Source: a virus (lineage: Duplodnaviria; Caudoviricetes). Taken from it: a DNA stretch of 50,645 nucleotides. This document shows positions 26,878-34,851 of the stretch, one piece after another. The notes beneath the pieces are model-generated. The model was given only the letters and a program-made list of their open reading frames with translations, did not search any database and was not told the origin of the DNA. Made by a program: the position numbers and the translations under genes. The stretch covers positions 1-50,645 of the IMG/VR virus record IMGVR_UViG_3300048848_000052, one strand, 5' to 3'. Every line of letters starts with the position of its first letter. Positions within the stretch are counted from its first letter, which is position 1.

Positions 26878-26953
26878 TGGTGCCGTCACGAGGATTCGAA
26901 CCCCGGGCCATTCGCTTACAAGGCGACTGCTCTACCACTGGAGCTATGACGGC
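26878..26953 (-). tRNA. tRNA-Thr (UGU)
   Basis: GCCGUCA/UGACGGC acceptor, anticodon loop CUUGUAA (G27-A43 mismatch), GGUUCGAAU T loop, encoded CCA; 76 nt. Confidence 0.92.
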
Positions 26954-26967
26954 TAATTTCAGGCAAT

Positions 26968-26994
26968 AAAAAACCCGGCGCGGTGGCCGGGTTT
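26968..26994 (-). terminator. tR'-like terminator after the late promoter
   Basis: Minus strand AAACCCGGC-CACCGC-GCCGGGTTT followed by TTT. Confidence 0.75.
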
Positions 26995-27042
26995 AGTGTT
27001 TCGAGAGTAAGTTGCCGGAGGCAAAACTCTAACAGTGGCGAA

Positions 27043-27071
27043 ATCATGCCATGAGCCGCACGGGAACGCAA
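27043..27071 (-). promoter_or_regulatory. Late promoter (pR'-like)
   Basis: TTGCGT-17 bp-CATGAT with extended TG, right after the Q-like gene; a -10-like TAGAGT just downstream resembles a sigma-dependent pause element. Confidence 0.6.
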
Positions 27072-27078
27072 TAGGCCC

Positions 27079-27660
27079 TCAAGCGGCCTCGCGCATTTCG
27101 TAAATTACAGCGGCGACTGGACTCAAAGCGCGGCGATCCAGATCCTCGCAGCACTCGAAAATCAGCTGGATTACACCGCCCCAATCCCGCTCCCAGTTGC
27201 ACGACTCCAGCCGCACCTCGTATACCTGCCACATCCACGCCCGGAACTTCTCGGCATTGGCCAGCGGATCTTCGTTGGCCGACTGTCCGCCCTGGTGCAT
27301 GTACCGGTACCGGCGCATGATCCCCTTCACCACGAACTCCAGCTTTTCCCGCTTCGCCGCTGTCATTCGCGGCGATCGAGTTTGCACCAGCAGGAAAACA
27401 ACCTCTTCCGCCGCCTCGCGGATATCGTCGCTCTGCTCGGCCGCGTACATGAAGTCACCGAACACACGGATCTGCGGGTGCAGCCGCTCGATCGCTGATT
27501 GGATATGCCCAGCCAGCGCGCCGTGCACGGCATGGTTTGCCGTTGGGCCGCGCTCAGTGTTCTGCACCACCACGCCGAGCTGGACCACGTCGGAGGTCTG
27601 GCCGGGGGCCGGGTTGTATTTGCAGTCATGCCAAGCCTGGCGCGCTGAGTTGATTTTCAT
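27079..27660 (-). CDS. Putative late antiterminator (Q-like)
   Basis: Last early gene before the promoter, terminator, tRNA and lysis block; start MKINSARQAWHD coupled to ninG. Confidence 0.6.
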   Translation of the reverse strand: MKINSARQAWHDCKYNPAPGQTSDVVQLGVVVQNTERGPTANHAVHGALAGHIQSAIERLHPQIRVFGDFMYAAEQSDDIREAAEEVVFLLVQTRSPRMTAAKREKLEFVVKGIMRRYRYMHQGGQSANEDPLANAEKFRAWMWQVYEVRLESCNWERDWGGVIQLIFECCEDLDRRALSPVAAVIYEMREAA

Positions 27661-28271
27661 GCTGCCTGCCCCTTTTTCAGTTCTCGGGTCTTGGCCCGGT
27701 ATTCGGCCTTGATGGTTTTGATTTCTTCGACGGTAAGCTTCTGGGGCTGATGAGGCCCTTCGATCCAAGCCACCTTGTCGGCGCCGATGCGCTGCACCAA
27801 CCGGATGCGGTACTCGACCGCGTTGCCGGACAGGTTGCGGTTGCACTTCACGCACTGGCGGTGGATGTTCAGGGGTTCGAAGCGCAGTTCCGGGCAGGCG
27901 CCGACGGATCGGTAGTGCCCGGCGTCCCAGCGGCTGCCGGTAATCAGGTCACTGTCGTTCGGCATTGAGTCGCAACTGATGCACGGCAGGTGCGCATCAC
28001 GCAGGCGGACATACTCGTTCACCGCCGCCTGGGCTTCGCGCAGGTGGTCAGCCCTGGTCTTCAGCTTCTCTTTGCGGACTTTGATCTCTCGGCGATCACG
28101 CTGAGCAATTGCCTTCTTCGCCTTCTGCTCGTTCCGGGGCGCATCCTTCAGCGCGCAGGCTGGACTGCACACTGCCTGACCCAAGCGCTGAGGGACGAAT
28201 GAGGCCCCGCAGGAGGCAACACGGCATTTCTTCGGCTTGGGCGCCTTCTTTTCCTTGATGGCTACGCGCAT
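27657..28271 (-). CDS. ninG: NinG/Rap recombination endonuclease
   Basis: VRLRDAHLPCISC, WDAGHYRSVGA and LRFEPLNIHRQCVKCNRNLSGN motifs. Confidence 0.9.
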   Translation of the reverse strand: MRVAIKEKKAPKPKKCRVASCGASFVPQRLGQAVCSPACALKDAPRNEQKAKKAIAQRDRREIKVRKEKLKTRADHLREAQAAVNEYVRLRDAHLPCISCDSMPNDSDLITGSRWDAGHYRSVGACPELRFEPLNIHRQCVKCNRNLSGNAVEYRIRLVQRIGADKVAWIEGPHQPQKLTVEEIKTIKAEYRAKTRELKKGQAA

Positions 28272-28849
28272 GGTTGTGGCTCCATGGTTTCCAGTCCTTG
28301 AGCACGATCACTGTCGATGCCTTCCGCCCGCTTCAGCAGGGCATCGACAACCCGCGCGTCTACTCCCGGGGACGACTCGTAACTTGCGACCGCATTGCGT
28401 ATTTCCTGGGCTTTTGCATCCTGCCAAGCTGCATGAGCCTGTAATGGATCATCGAAATACCCTAGGTAGCGACGAACTCCGTTGATGCGAATTTTTGATG
28501 CGAATTTTCTGTCCCGGATGTTCCAGCTGACGCCAACCGGCCACGCTCCGCGCGCGCCGATACATGACGTGAGGATGGTGTTTATTCTCGCAGGCACAAA
28601 ACAGCAGGCTTCTCTCGAATAGGCTTTGTTTCCAGCGATGATGATGTCCTTATCAAGCTGGTAGCTGTTTCCGTCGCCGTCACGCATGTGGAACCCGGGC
28701 TGCGCATTTGCCCAGTCTGCAAAATCAGGAAGATCCTCAAAATCGCATGTAGATGATTTATAGGTCGGCCACTTTTTTGACCGATCACCATCGGACTTAC
28801 ACCGTCGATTAATGTCTTTCCAAATCGTCCGAATCCGTTTATCGATCAT
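28262..28849 (-). CDS. HNH-like homing endonuclease with AP2-type C-terminus
   Basis: YQLDKDII...YSREACCFVPARIN followed by GVSW...YLGYFDDPLQAHAAW. Confidence 0.7.
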   Translation of the reverse strand: MIDKRIRTIWKDINRRCKSDGDRSKKWPTYKSSTCDFEDLPDFADWANAQPGFHMRDGDGNSYQLDKDIIIAGNKAYSREACCFVPARINTILTSCIGARGAWPVGVSWNIRDRKFASKIRINGVRRYLGYFDDPLQAHAAWQDAKAQEIRNAVASYESSPGVDARVVDALLKRAEGIDSDRAQGLETMEPQPCA

Positions 28850-29243
28850 ATCGCCCGCCCCATTTGTCGGATTCAGTCCAGCGCACGCCATGCTCGGCGC
28901 CGAAGGCATGCATTAGCTCGAACAGATCGCTGAACCACTTCTGCGACTGCTTGCGGGTCGATACGGCCATGACGACGAAGCCACCGTCGAGGCCAGGCTC
29001 TGCGCGCTGCTTCTCCAGCGAGGCACTGAAAAGGCACTTCCAGTCCTCGCTGGTCAGCTTTTTGCCGTGCCAGATGACCTGCTCGGATACGTCCTTGAGC
29101 ATTGCCCACATTTTCCGGTTGCAGACGTCCGGGCGCTTTTCGTCCTTGATGACCACGATCTTGGGTTTGGTGAAGTCTGTAGCGTGCAGGACGCCCATGA
29201 GGCGGCTGATGTCGCGTTGGCTGCGGATTGCGAATTCGGTCAT
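28839..29243 (-). CDS. ninB: NinB recombination protein
   Basis: NRKMWAMLKDVSEQVIWHGKKLTSEDWK and FSDLFELMHAFGAEHGVRW motifs. Confidence 0.88.
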   Translation of the reverse strand: MTEFAIRSQRDISRLMGVLHATDFTKPKIVVIKDEKRPDVCNRKMWAMLKDVSEQVIWHGKKLTSEDWKCLFSASLEKQRAEPGLDGGFVVMAVSTRKQSQKWFSDLFELMHAFGAEHGVRWTESDKWGGRYDR

Positions 29244-29602
29244 GGCCGGAACTCCTTGAGCAACTGGCGAGCACCCATGACGGCACCTTTGTCGCCGGAT
29301 GTGCGACTGATGTCCTTGAGCCATTCCAGCATTCGGGTGTTCTGTGCTTTCAGGTCGATGACCATGCCGAGCAACTCGTCCCCGTCGGCGTCCATGTCGG
29401 ACTTGAGCGCTTCGCCAATCGCGCCAAGATCGCAAGCGGCCGCCAGAAGCATGCGTTTGTGCGATTCAAGGTCTTTGATCAGGGCCAGGACCACTTCAGG
29501 GGTCGCCGCGTTTTGGAACCCAACTTGGCAGGGGATGTAGGGCGACGATGGATCGTCTTTTGCGGCCTCTGCCAGCCGCTTAAGTTCTGTGTAATCGGTC
29601 AT
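29240..29602 (-). CDS. Hypothetical protein with Ead/Ea22-like N-terminus
   Basis: MTDYTELKRLAEAA...AATPEVVLALI pattern. Confidence 0.65.
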   Translation of the reverse strand: MTDYTELKRLAEAAKDDPSSPYIPCQVGFQNAATPEVVLALIKDLESHKRMLLAAACDLGAIGEALKSDMDADGDELLGMVIDLKAQNTRMLEWLKDISRTSGDKGAVMGARQLLKEFRP

Positions 29603-29603
29603 G

Positions 29604-30410
29604 TCAAAACCCTTCCTTGCCGCGCTGAGATTCCCATTCGAACGGGACCACGATCATTCCGCCCTCGCGCAGGCGGTCGACGCAGCGCTCGCCCATTGCA
29701 CCCGGCAACTGGTGCGCGTCGAGGTTGGAGATCACCACCGTGGGGCGCTCCTGCTCGTACCGGCCGTTGATGATTGCGAACAGGGTCGTCAGCTCGAAGT
29801 CGCTCGGCTGCTCCTTGCTCACGCCTACCTCGTCCAGCACTAGCAGATCGGGATCGATCAGGCTCGACAGAATCTCGGCCTCGCTGCGTTCGCTGTGCTT
29901 GTCGTACGTGGAGCGGATCGCCTGAAGGATTGCGCCAACAGTGCGGTACACGGCCGTTCGTGACGTGTTGTGCAGCAGCTCGTTGGCCATGCCAGCGCCG
30001 AGGTGGGTTTTCCCGGTACCAGGCTTGCCGATCAGTACCATGCAGCGACCAGTCTTCAGGATCTCGTCGAAGATCTGCACGTAGTGCTGGCAGAAGCGGA
30101 GGGCTTTGCGCTGGCCGTCGTTCTCGGCCTGATAGTTGCCCAGCGTGCGAGTGGTGAAACGTTTCGGGATCAGCGCATCGCCTAGCTTGCGAGCTAGGGA
30201 CATGCGCAGTTCCATCGCCTTGTTGGCTTGCTCGGCGGCTTCGGACTTCTCGCGGGAGATACGGGTGCACTCCGGGCAGTTGCTTTTCAGCTCCCGGCCC
30301 AGCACAGGAAAGACCCGCTGCTCGTAGGCGCCATGGGTTTCGCACTCAGCAGGCTGGATGCGAGTGCCCGGCGGCAGCTCTGGAATTGCTTGGACTGGCT
30401 CAGAGCGCAT
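29604..30410 (-). CDS. DnaC/IstB-like AAA+ helicase loader
   Basis: CETHG/CPEC Zn motif, GKPGTGKTH Walker A, LLVLDEVG Walker B, ISNL. Confidence 0.9.
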   Translation of the reverse strand: MRSEPVQAIPELPPGTRIQPAECETHGAYEQRVFPVLGRELKSNCPECTRISREKSEAAEQANKAMELRMSLARKLGDALIPKRFTTRTLGNYQAENDGQRKALRFCQHYVQIFDEILKTGRCMVLIGKPGTGKTHLGAGMANELLHNTSRTAVYRTVGAILQAIRSTYDKHSERSEAEILSSLIDPDLLVLDEVGVSKEQPSDFELTTLFAIINGRYEQERPTVVISNLDAHQLPGAMGERCVDRLREGGMIVVPFEWESQRGKEGF

Positions 30411-31182
30411 AGCTGCCGTCCTCCCGCATCTTCAGGCCTGATGTGTAATCGCGATCGGCGAAGCCGGTGTGGCGGGATTGCGGGAACGGGTGCACGTTGC
30501 TGGCGACCTTGTCCGGGAAGATGCCGGTCCAGCCGTTGGAGATCGAGGTGGCGAGCACCTGGTCCGGCGCGGCATGACCCAGCAATGCCTTGGCCTGCTG
30601 CTCACAACTCTTGGCGGTCAGCGGCTTGCGGATTTCCTTGCGGTGCTGGCACCAGTCGGCCCACGACTTTTCGGACACGTTCTCAGGCTTGGCAGTGAGC
30701 GGATCGAATTTGGCAGACTTCGCCGGTGCGCCAGCACCATGCTTTTGATCTTGCTCTTTCTTCTCTTCTCTTCTCTTCTCTTCTCTGGTCCGCGTTTTGT
30801 CCGCATCGCTTGCGGACACATTGCGGACAGAGTTGTTTTTGCGGTCGTTACGCTTGCGCTCGCTGTCGTTGGCCCGGCGCTTTGCACTGGCGCCGTTGTG
30901 CTCGTCAAAGCGAGGCATTACAAGGCTTCCGTCTTCCTGCACAGACGCCCATTCCACCTCGATCATGGCCTGGGTAAAGCCCGGCCAGCCAACCACCGCG
31001 TCCATCGCATCGACGCTGTAACCGTGCAGCACACCGTCGTCGGAATGGGTGTCGAAGATGCTCCAAGCAATGTGCAGTCCGCCAATGATCCGAAGCCTGT
31101 CCGCTTTCAAAGCGGACACCATGCGGAAAACTTTCGGATGTGTCTGAAGGTCGATTCGCATTTTGATCCAGTCCCCGGCCAT
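30400..31182 (-). CDS. Replication initiator (O-like)
   Basis: MAGDWIKMR N-terminus; WADWCQHRKEIRKPLT and SISNGWTGIF C-terminus; internal iteron-like repeats. Confidence 0.85.
   Translation of the reverse strand: MAGDWIKMRIDLQTHPKVFRMVSALKADRLRIIGGLHIAWSIFDTHSDDGVLHGYSVDAMDAVVGWPGFTQAMIEVEWASVQEDGSLVMPRFDEHNGASAKRRANDSERKRNDRKNNSVRNVSASDADKTRTREEKRREEKKEQDQKHGAGAPAKSAKFDPLTAKPENVSEKSWADWCQHRKEIRKPLTAKSCEQQAKALLGHAAPDQVLATSISNGWTGIFPDKVASNVHPFPQSRHTGFADRDYTSGLKMREDGSYAL
30758..30830. repeat. Likely phage origin: (TCTTC)n tract and TGCGGACA iteron-like repeats
   Basis: TGTCCGCA then TGCGGACA twice, adjacent to a pyrimidine tract in the middle of the initiator gene, as in lambdoid origins. Confidence 0.55.
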
Positions 31183-31970
31183 TACGCGGCCCTCAGTGCT
31201 TTGTCATGGGTGAACAGCCCGTCCCAGGTCTTCTTCATTGGCAGCTCGCCAGCCAGGTACAGGTCGTACAGGCGTACGGCGCCCTTCTTGAGCAGGACGG
31301 GCGTGAAGGAAACGAACGGCTCTTTGCCGTGGGGAGTGACTTCGTGCTGATGCTCGGTCATGTACTTGTCGCGGGCGTAGGACGCCACACGGAAGCGCAG
31401 ACCGGATTTGCTCTCGTTGTAGAGCCAGTTTCGACCTTCGAGGAACTTGCCCACCTGCATGACGTTGACCCCATTGAGGCCCTTGCAGAATTGGGTGTGC
31501 GTCATCCCTTCCTTGAACAGGTTCTCCATGGAATGGATTTTGGAGGCCTGGGCTTCGACTTGGATGGTCAACTGAAGGCGCTGCTGCTCAGCCTCGAACG
31601 CGATCTGGATGAGATCCATGCGGGAGAGTTCGCGGGGTTGGGCGATCTGCCCTTCCAGCTCCTGCCAGCGATCCACCAGTGCGGCCGTGAACTCTGGGCT
31701 GAGCTGGGCAACCACGACGAAGCTGTCGCGCTTGCAGACCTGATACTGCTCGACGGTTTGCTTTAGGTGATTTTTAACTTCCACCAATGGTGGAAGTTGA
31801 ATTACGCCCCTGTCCGCCAAGCGCTCGATCGTGCGCTTCACGCTATCGTGGCGAGCGACGACAAGTTCGGCGATCTCTTGAGATGACATGGTGGCACGCG
31901 ACACGTTTTCAGAATTCGAGAAACGTGTCGCGACACTGAGGGTATTGCCGGTATTGGGAGAACTGTGCAT
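31182..31970 (-). CDS. Rha-family regulator / antirepressor
   Basis: MSSQEIAELV..RHDSVKRTIERL and VVAQLSPEFTAALVDRWQELE motifs; alternative start at 31889. Confidence 0.8.
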   Translation of the reverse strand: MHSSPNTGNTLSVATRFSNSENVSRATMSSQEIAELVVARHDSVKRTIERLADRGVIQLPPLVEVKNHLKQTVEQYQVCKRDSFVVVAQLSPEFTAALVDRWQELEGQIAQPRELSRMDLIQIAFEAEQQRLQLTIQVEAQASKIHSMENLFKEGMTHTQFCKGLNGVNVMQVGKFLEGRNWLYNESKSGLRFRVASYARDKYMTEHQHEVTPHGKEPFVSFTPVLLKKGAVRLYDLYLAGELPMKKTWDGLFTHDKALRAA

Positions 31971-32002
31971 AATCAGCTCCAGAACGTTTTGTTGTATGCA
32001 GT

Positions 32003-32034
32003 AAAAAGAGCCGGGATTGCGCCCCGGCTTTTTT
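32003..32034. terminator. Bidirectional terminator (tR1-like)
   Basis: AAAAAG-AGCCGGG-ATTGCGC-CCCGGCT-TTTTT. Confidence 0.7.
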
Positions 32035-32097
32035 GTGCCTGCGATTTGGTGAATGGTTGTTTCATTGGCAGTTCCTCATGAGTCCCTGAGGGGCTTA

Positions 32098-32286
32098 TCA
32101 GCCCTTCCGTCCTATGGAAGCGACGTTGCTCCGGCTCTTTGGTGGCCGGGTCATTCGATCCAGCGCCCGGTTCATGATTGTTGCGGCCATCTCTTCTGGC
32201 GTTACCCCGTTGCGTCTGGCTAATAGCTCCAGATCAGCGAGTCCCTGCCAGTCGAGCTGGATTTCCAGCGGCTTTCTTTCAGGCAC
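32098..32286 (-). CDS. Small DNA-binding-like phage protein
   Basis: LELLARRNGVTPEEMAATIM ribbon-helix-helix-like pattern; GAGGAGG SD. Confidence 0.6.
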   Translation of the reverse strand: MPERKPLEIQLDWQGLADLELLARRNGVTPEEMAATIMNRALDRMTRPPKSRSNVASIGRKG

Positions 32287-32304
32287 AGGGCCTCCTCGGC
32301 TACT

Positions 32305-32496
32305 TCAGGCCACGTCTGTTTTCGCGTTAAGCTCTTCCATCATTTGGTTCAGGCCGCGCTCCAGGATTTCGCGAGCGAGCACAGCTTTTTGAGTCCGCTG
32401 AAAGCGGGCCATCGCTGTCAGCAGGTCGTCAGCCGCCTCGTCCAGGCGAACCTTGGTCGGCTTGTCGTGGAGGTGGTCAGGTTCGAAGTACGACAT
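32305..32496 (-). CDS. Small regulator in the cII position (RHH-like)
   Basis: MSYFEPDH...KVRLDE...QKAVLAREIL; AAGGA SD. Confidence 0.65.
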   Translation of the reverse strand: MSYFEPDHLHDKPTKVRLDEAADDLLTAMARFQRTQKAVLAREILERGLNQMMEELNAKTDVA

Positions 32497-32524
32497 CTGT
32501 GGTTCCTTGTGTGGTTGGAAGTGG

Positions 32525-32734
32525 TTAGGCAGCTTGTTGAGGAATGCTCGGGCGAAGATCGCGCGCCTTGATCGCACCGTTGGTGACGATCTCCGCCCGC
32601 ATAGCGACCTCGGCAGCGCAACCGTGCAGGCCGCGGACCCAGCCGCTAACGGTTCCCTGCTTTACGCCGAGAGCCGCCGCCGTAGCGTTTTGCGAGCCGA
32701 AATGCTCGACCAGCTTTTCAAAGGGATTGTTCAT
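32525..32734 (-). CDS. cro: Cro/YdaS-like HTH repressor
   Basis: FGSQNATAAALGVKQGTVSGWV...DLRP; divergent from cI. Confidence 0.88.
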   Translation of the reverse strand: MNNPFEKLVEHFGSQNATAAALGVKQGTVSGWVRGLHGCAAEVAMRAEIVTNGAIKARDLRPSIPQQAA

Positions 32735-32750
32735 GATTCTCCGCCCATAT

Positions 32751-32812
32751 AAAGGGATGCCTTTATCTTATGGCAAAGGTATACCTTTTTGCAACTTCAA
32801 AGGACAACCTTT
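32751..32812. promoter_or_regulatory. OR1-3 operators AAAGG-N4-CCTTT with divergent pR/pRM
   Basis: Three palindromes at 32751, 32775 and 32799 (24-bp spacing); minus-strand TTGCAA-18-TAAGAT; TAAATT just before the cI ATG. Confidence 0.8.
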
Positions 32813-32825
32813 AAATTCCTTCGCC

Positions 32826-33575
32826 ATGGAACTTAAAGATCGCCTCAAATACGCACGCAAAAAAGCCGGACTCACTCAGGTGGAGCTCGCAGAGCGCGCT
32901 GGCATAAAACAAGCATCGATTTCAGAAATAGAGCGAGGGCTAACACGCTCGAGCGGCCACCTTGTGCGACTCGCGCAGATATGTGGTGTGGACCCTGTCT
33001 GGCTGTCAGAGGGAACGAAGTTCCCGGCTGATCAGTGGCGAACGATCATGTCAGAGCCGCAGCCCATGCTGGAGCCGCCTCCCATTACCTCGAACGCTAC
33101 GATGATCGGCCCAATTGATGTATGGGACGACGAAACCCCACTGGACGATGACGAGGTTGAAATCCCTTTTCTCAAGGAAGTAGAGCTGTCGGCGGGATCT
33201 GGCAGAACGGCCGTTCAGAAATCAGTGACGAGGAAGCTCCGCTTCGGAAAGCTAACCCTCAGGAACCAGGGCGTTCAGCCGGATCAGGCGGTCTGCGTAA
33301 CGGTACATGGGAACAGCATGGAGCCTGTGCTCCCAGATGGAAGCACTGTAGGGGTGGACCTATCTGCAACCACGGTCAAAGATGGCAAAATGTACGCTGT
33401 AAACCATGATGGCGAGCTCCGGGTGAAAACGCTTTACCGCATACCTGGTGGCGGGATAAGGATGCGCAGCTTCAATATCGACGAGCACAAGGACGAAGAG
33501 TACACAGCGCAAGAGCTCACAGAAAAAGGCATCGTGGTGCTCGGAAAGGTCTTTTGGTCTTCTGTGCTCTACTAG
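32826..33575 (+). CDS. cI: CI-like repressor (XRE HTH + S24 peptidase)
   Basis: LTQVELAERAGIKQASISEIERG HTH; LSAGSG cleavage site; GNSMEP Ser and LRVK Lys dyad; no SD, so probably leaderless. Confidence 0.93.
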   Translation: MELKDRLKYARKKAGLTQVELAERAGIKQASISEIERGLTRSSGHLVRLAQICGVDPVWLSEGTKFPADQWRTIMSEPQPMLEPPPITSNATMIGPIDVWDDETPLDDDEVEIPFLKEVELSAGSGRTAVQKSVTRKLRFGKLTLRNQGVQPDQAVCVTVHGNSMEPVLPDGSTVGVDLSATTVKDGKMYAVNHDGELRVKTLYRIPGGGIRMRSFNIDEHKDEEYTAQELTEKGIVVLGKVFWSSVLY

Positions 33576-33655
33576 AGCCCTTCTCTGCCCCCCCCTCGAA
33601 TGACTGTGCCACCACCGTGATGGTACAGTTGCCCTTCAAACAATGGAGGGACCCG

Positions 33656-34231
33656 ATGAAATCCGTACTCGCTTTAATTTTGCTTTCCGCTGTCGTCGCT
33701 GCGCCTGCGTTAGCTGCAAAAAAGCCGGCTGCAACCACATGGACACAAGAGCCCGACAGCTTCATGGGCCTGCGCTTCGACCAGAAAGTGGATGTAGCAC
33801 TACCCGCCTGCCCTCGCGGCGTCGGCATACATAAGCAAATGTGCCATGAGCCGCCCTACACCAATCTCTATACGGTCAATGGGGGCCCTTCTGTAGGCTT
33901 CGGCTATTCGCTTTCCGTGTTCGCCGGTGGATCGGGCGTCGAGTCGTTTTACCTGAGCACCAACAGCGATAATTTTTCGCAACTTGCAGCGCTCTTCACC
34001 ACTAAATACGGCGCCCCGCAGAGCAGTTCGAGCGAGGTAGTCAAAACCAAGGGAGGCGCCTCATTTACCAATGAAACGCTTTCTTGGCGAGGCTCGAAGG
34101 TCAGCATCACCCTTCAGAAATTTGCAGGCGACATCAACACCTCTGCCGCGACCATTAGTGACATCGCGGCTGCCCTCAAAAAAGCTGAAGAGCGCGAGGC
34201 GAAAACGAACAGCGCCGCGAGCAAGCTTTAA
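33656..34231 (+). CDS. Exported protein downstream of cI
   Basis: GGAGG SD; signal peptide MKSVLALILLSAVVAAPALA; upstream TGgTACAGT extended -10. Confidence 0.8.
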   Translation: MKSVLALILLSAVVAAPALAAKKPAATTWTQEPDSFMGLRFDQKVDVALPACPRGVGIHKQMCHEPPYTNLYTVNGGPSVGFGYSLSVFAGGSGVESFYLSTNSDNFSQLAALFTTKYGAPQSSSSEVVKTKGGASFTNETLSWRGSKVSITLQKFAGDINTSAATISDIAAALKKAEEREAKTNSAASKL

Positions 34232-34252
34232 GCGCTCAATCTGCTCAACCCC

Positions 34253-34276
34253 AAACCCGCCAAGTGCGGGTTTTTT
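34253..34276 (+). terminator. Terminator of the immunity operon
   Basis: AAACCCGC-CAAGT-GCGGGTTT followed by TTT. Confidence 0.8.
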
Positions 34277-34293
34277 ACGCTCGCAAAAAAAAT

Positions 34294-34335
34294 AAAGGTA
34301 AACCTGTTGACTCAAAATAAAGGCTACCCTATATT
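34294..34335 (+). promoter_or_regulatory. pL-like early promoter with OL operators
   Basis: TTGACT (34307)-17 bp-TATATT (34330); operator variants AAAGG-TAAA-CCTGT and AAAGG-CTAC-CCTAT overlap it. Confidence 0.85.
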
Positions 34336-34387
34336 TCAATCCATCGAGCAGCGGAACAGCAGCTCGACAGGGCCTCAACAGACCCGC

Positions 34388-34399
34388 CGCTCTTTAACA
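34388..34399 (+). promoter_or_regulatory. boxA antitermination element
   Basis: CGCTCTTTAACA about 50 nt downstream of the promoter. Confidence 0.8.
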
Positions 34400-34677
34400 G
34401 CCAGCGCCATGAACGACTACCCGGCCAGTCCGGTTAGGTCACTCCCGGCTCCATCGGTGGGAGGTCAGTAAACCGATGAACAAAACCGCACTTGCCTCTA
34501 CCGGCGACCGGCGATCCGACAGGCCCGAAAGCCTGCCAACGCGCAGCCCACTGCGACGGCGGACGAGGTGTTGACCGAACTGAGTGAATGACCTGGTAAG
34601 CGGGTGCGGAGCAACACGGAATTTTTCACTGATGCACCTGGTGACGGGTGCATTGGGAAAACAACCGGAGAAATTCG

Positions 34678-34797
34678 ATGTTCACCAGCAACCCGCAGCG
34701 CACAGAAAAACAGACGCGATTTGAAACCAGAAGCCGTCGCAAAGGTATCAAGGCCAAGAAATTGAAAGCGCTGTGCCTTTCTGCCTTCCTCAAATAG
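34678..34797 (+). CDS. 39-aa basic peptide in the N-gene position
   Basis: GGAGA SD; MFTSNPQRTEKQTRFETRSRRKGIKAKKLKALCLSAFLK*; below the ORF-track cutoff. Confidence 0.5.
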   Translation: MFTSNPQRTEKQTRFETRSRRKGIKAKKLKALCLSAFLK

Positions 34798-34851
34798 GAC
34801 AACCAGCGCCACGACAGCCTGTCGTTAACTGCCCGATCCTCTCTATGAGAG

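Noticed and set aside
30758-30786. (TCTTC)n tract as a phase-variation repeat
   Set aside because: It encodes the REEKRREEK linker commonly found next to the origin in lambdoid initiators, and the frame is intact.
32544-32825. N-terminal extension of cI in the ORF track
   Set aside because: It overlaps cro and the operators; the HTH domain begins at the ATG at 32826.
34577-34592. GAACTGAGTGAATGA as a hammerhead ribozyme core
   Set aside because: It does not match CUGANGA followed by a stem and GAAA, and I could not build the three stems.
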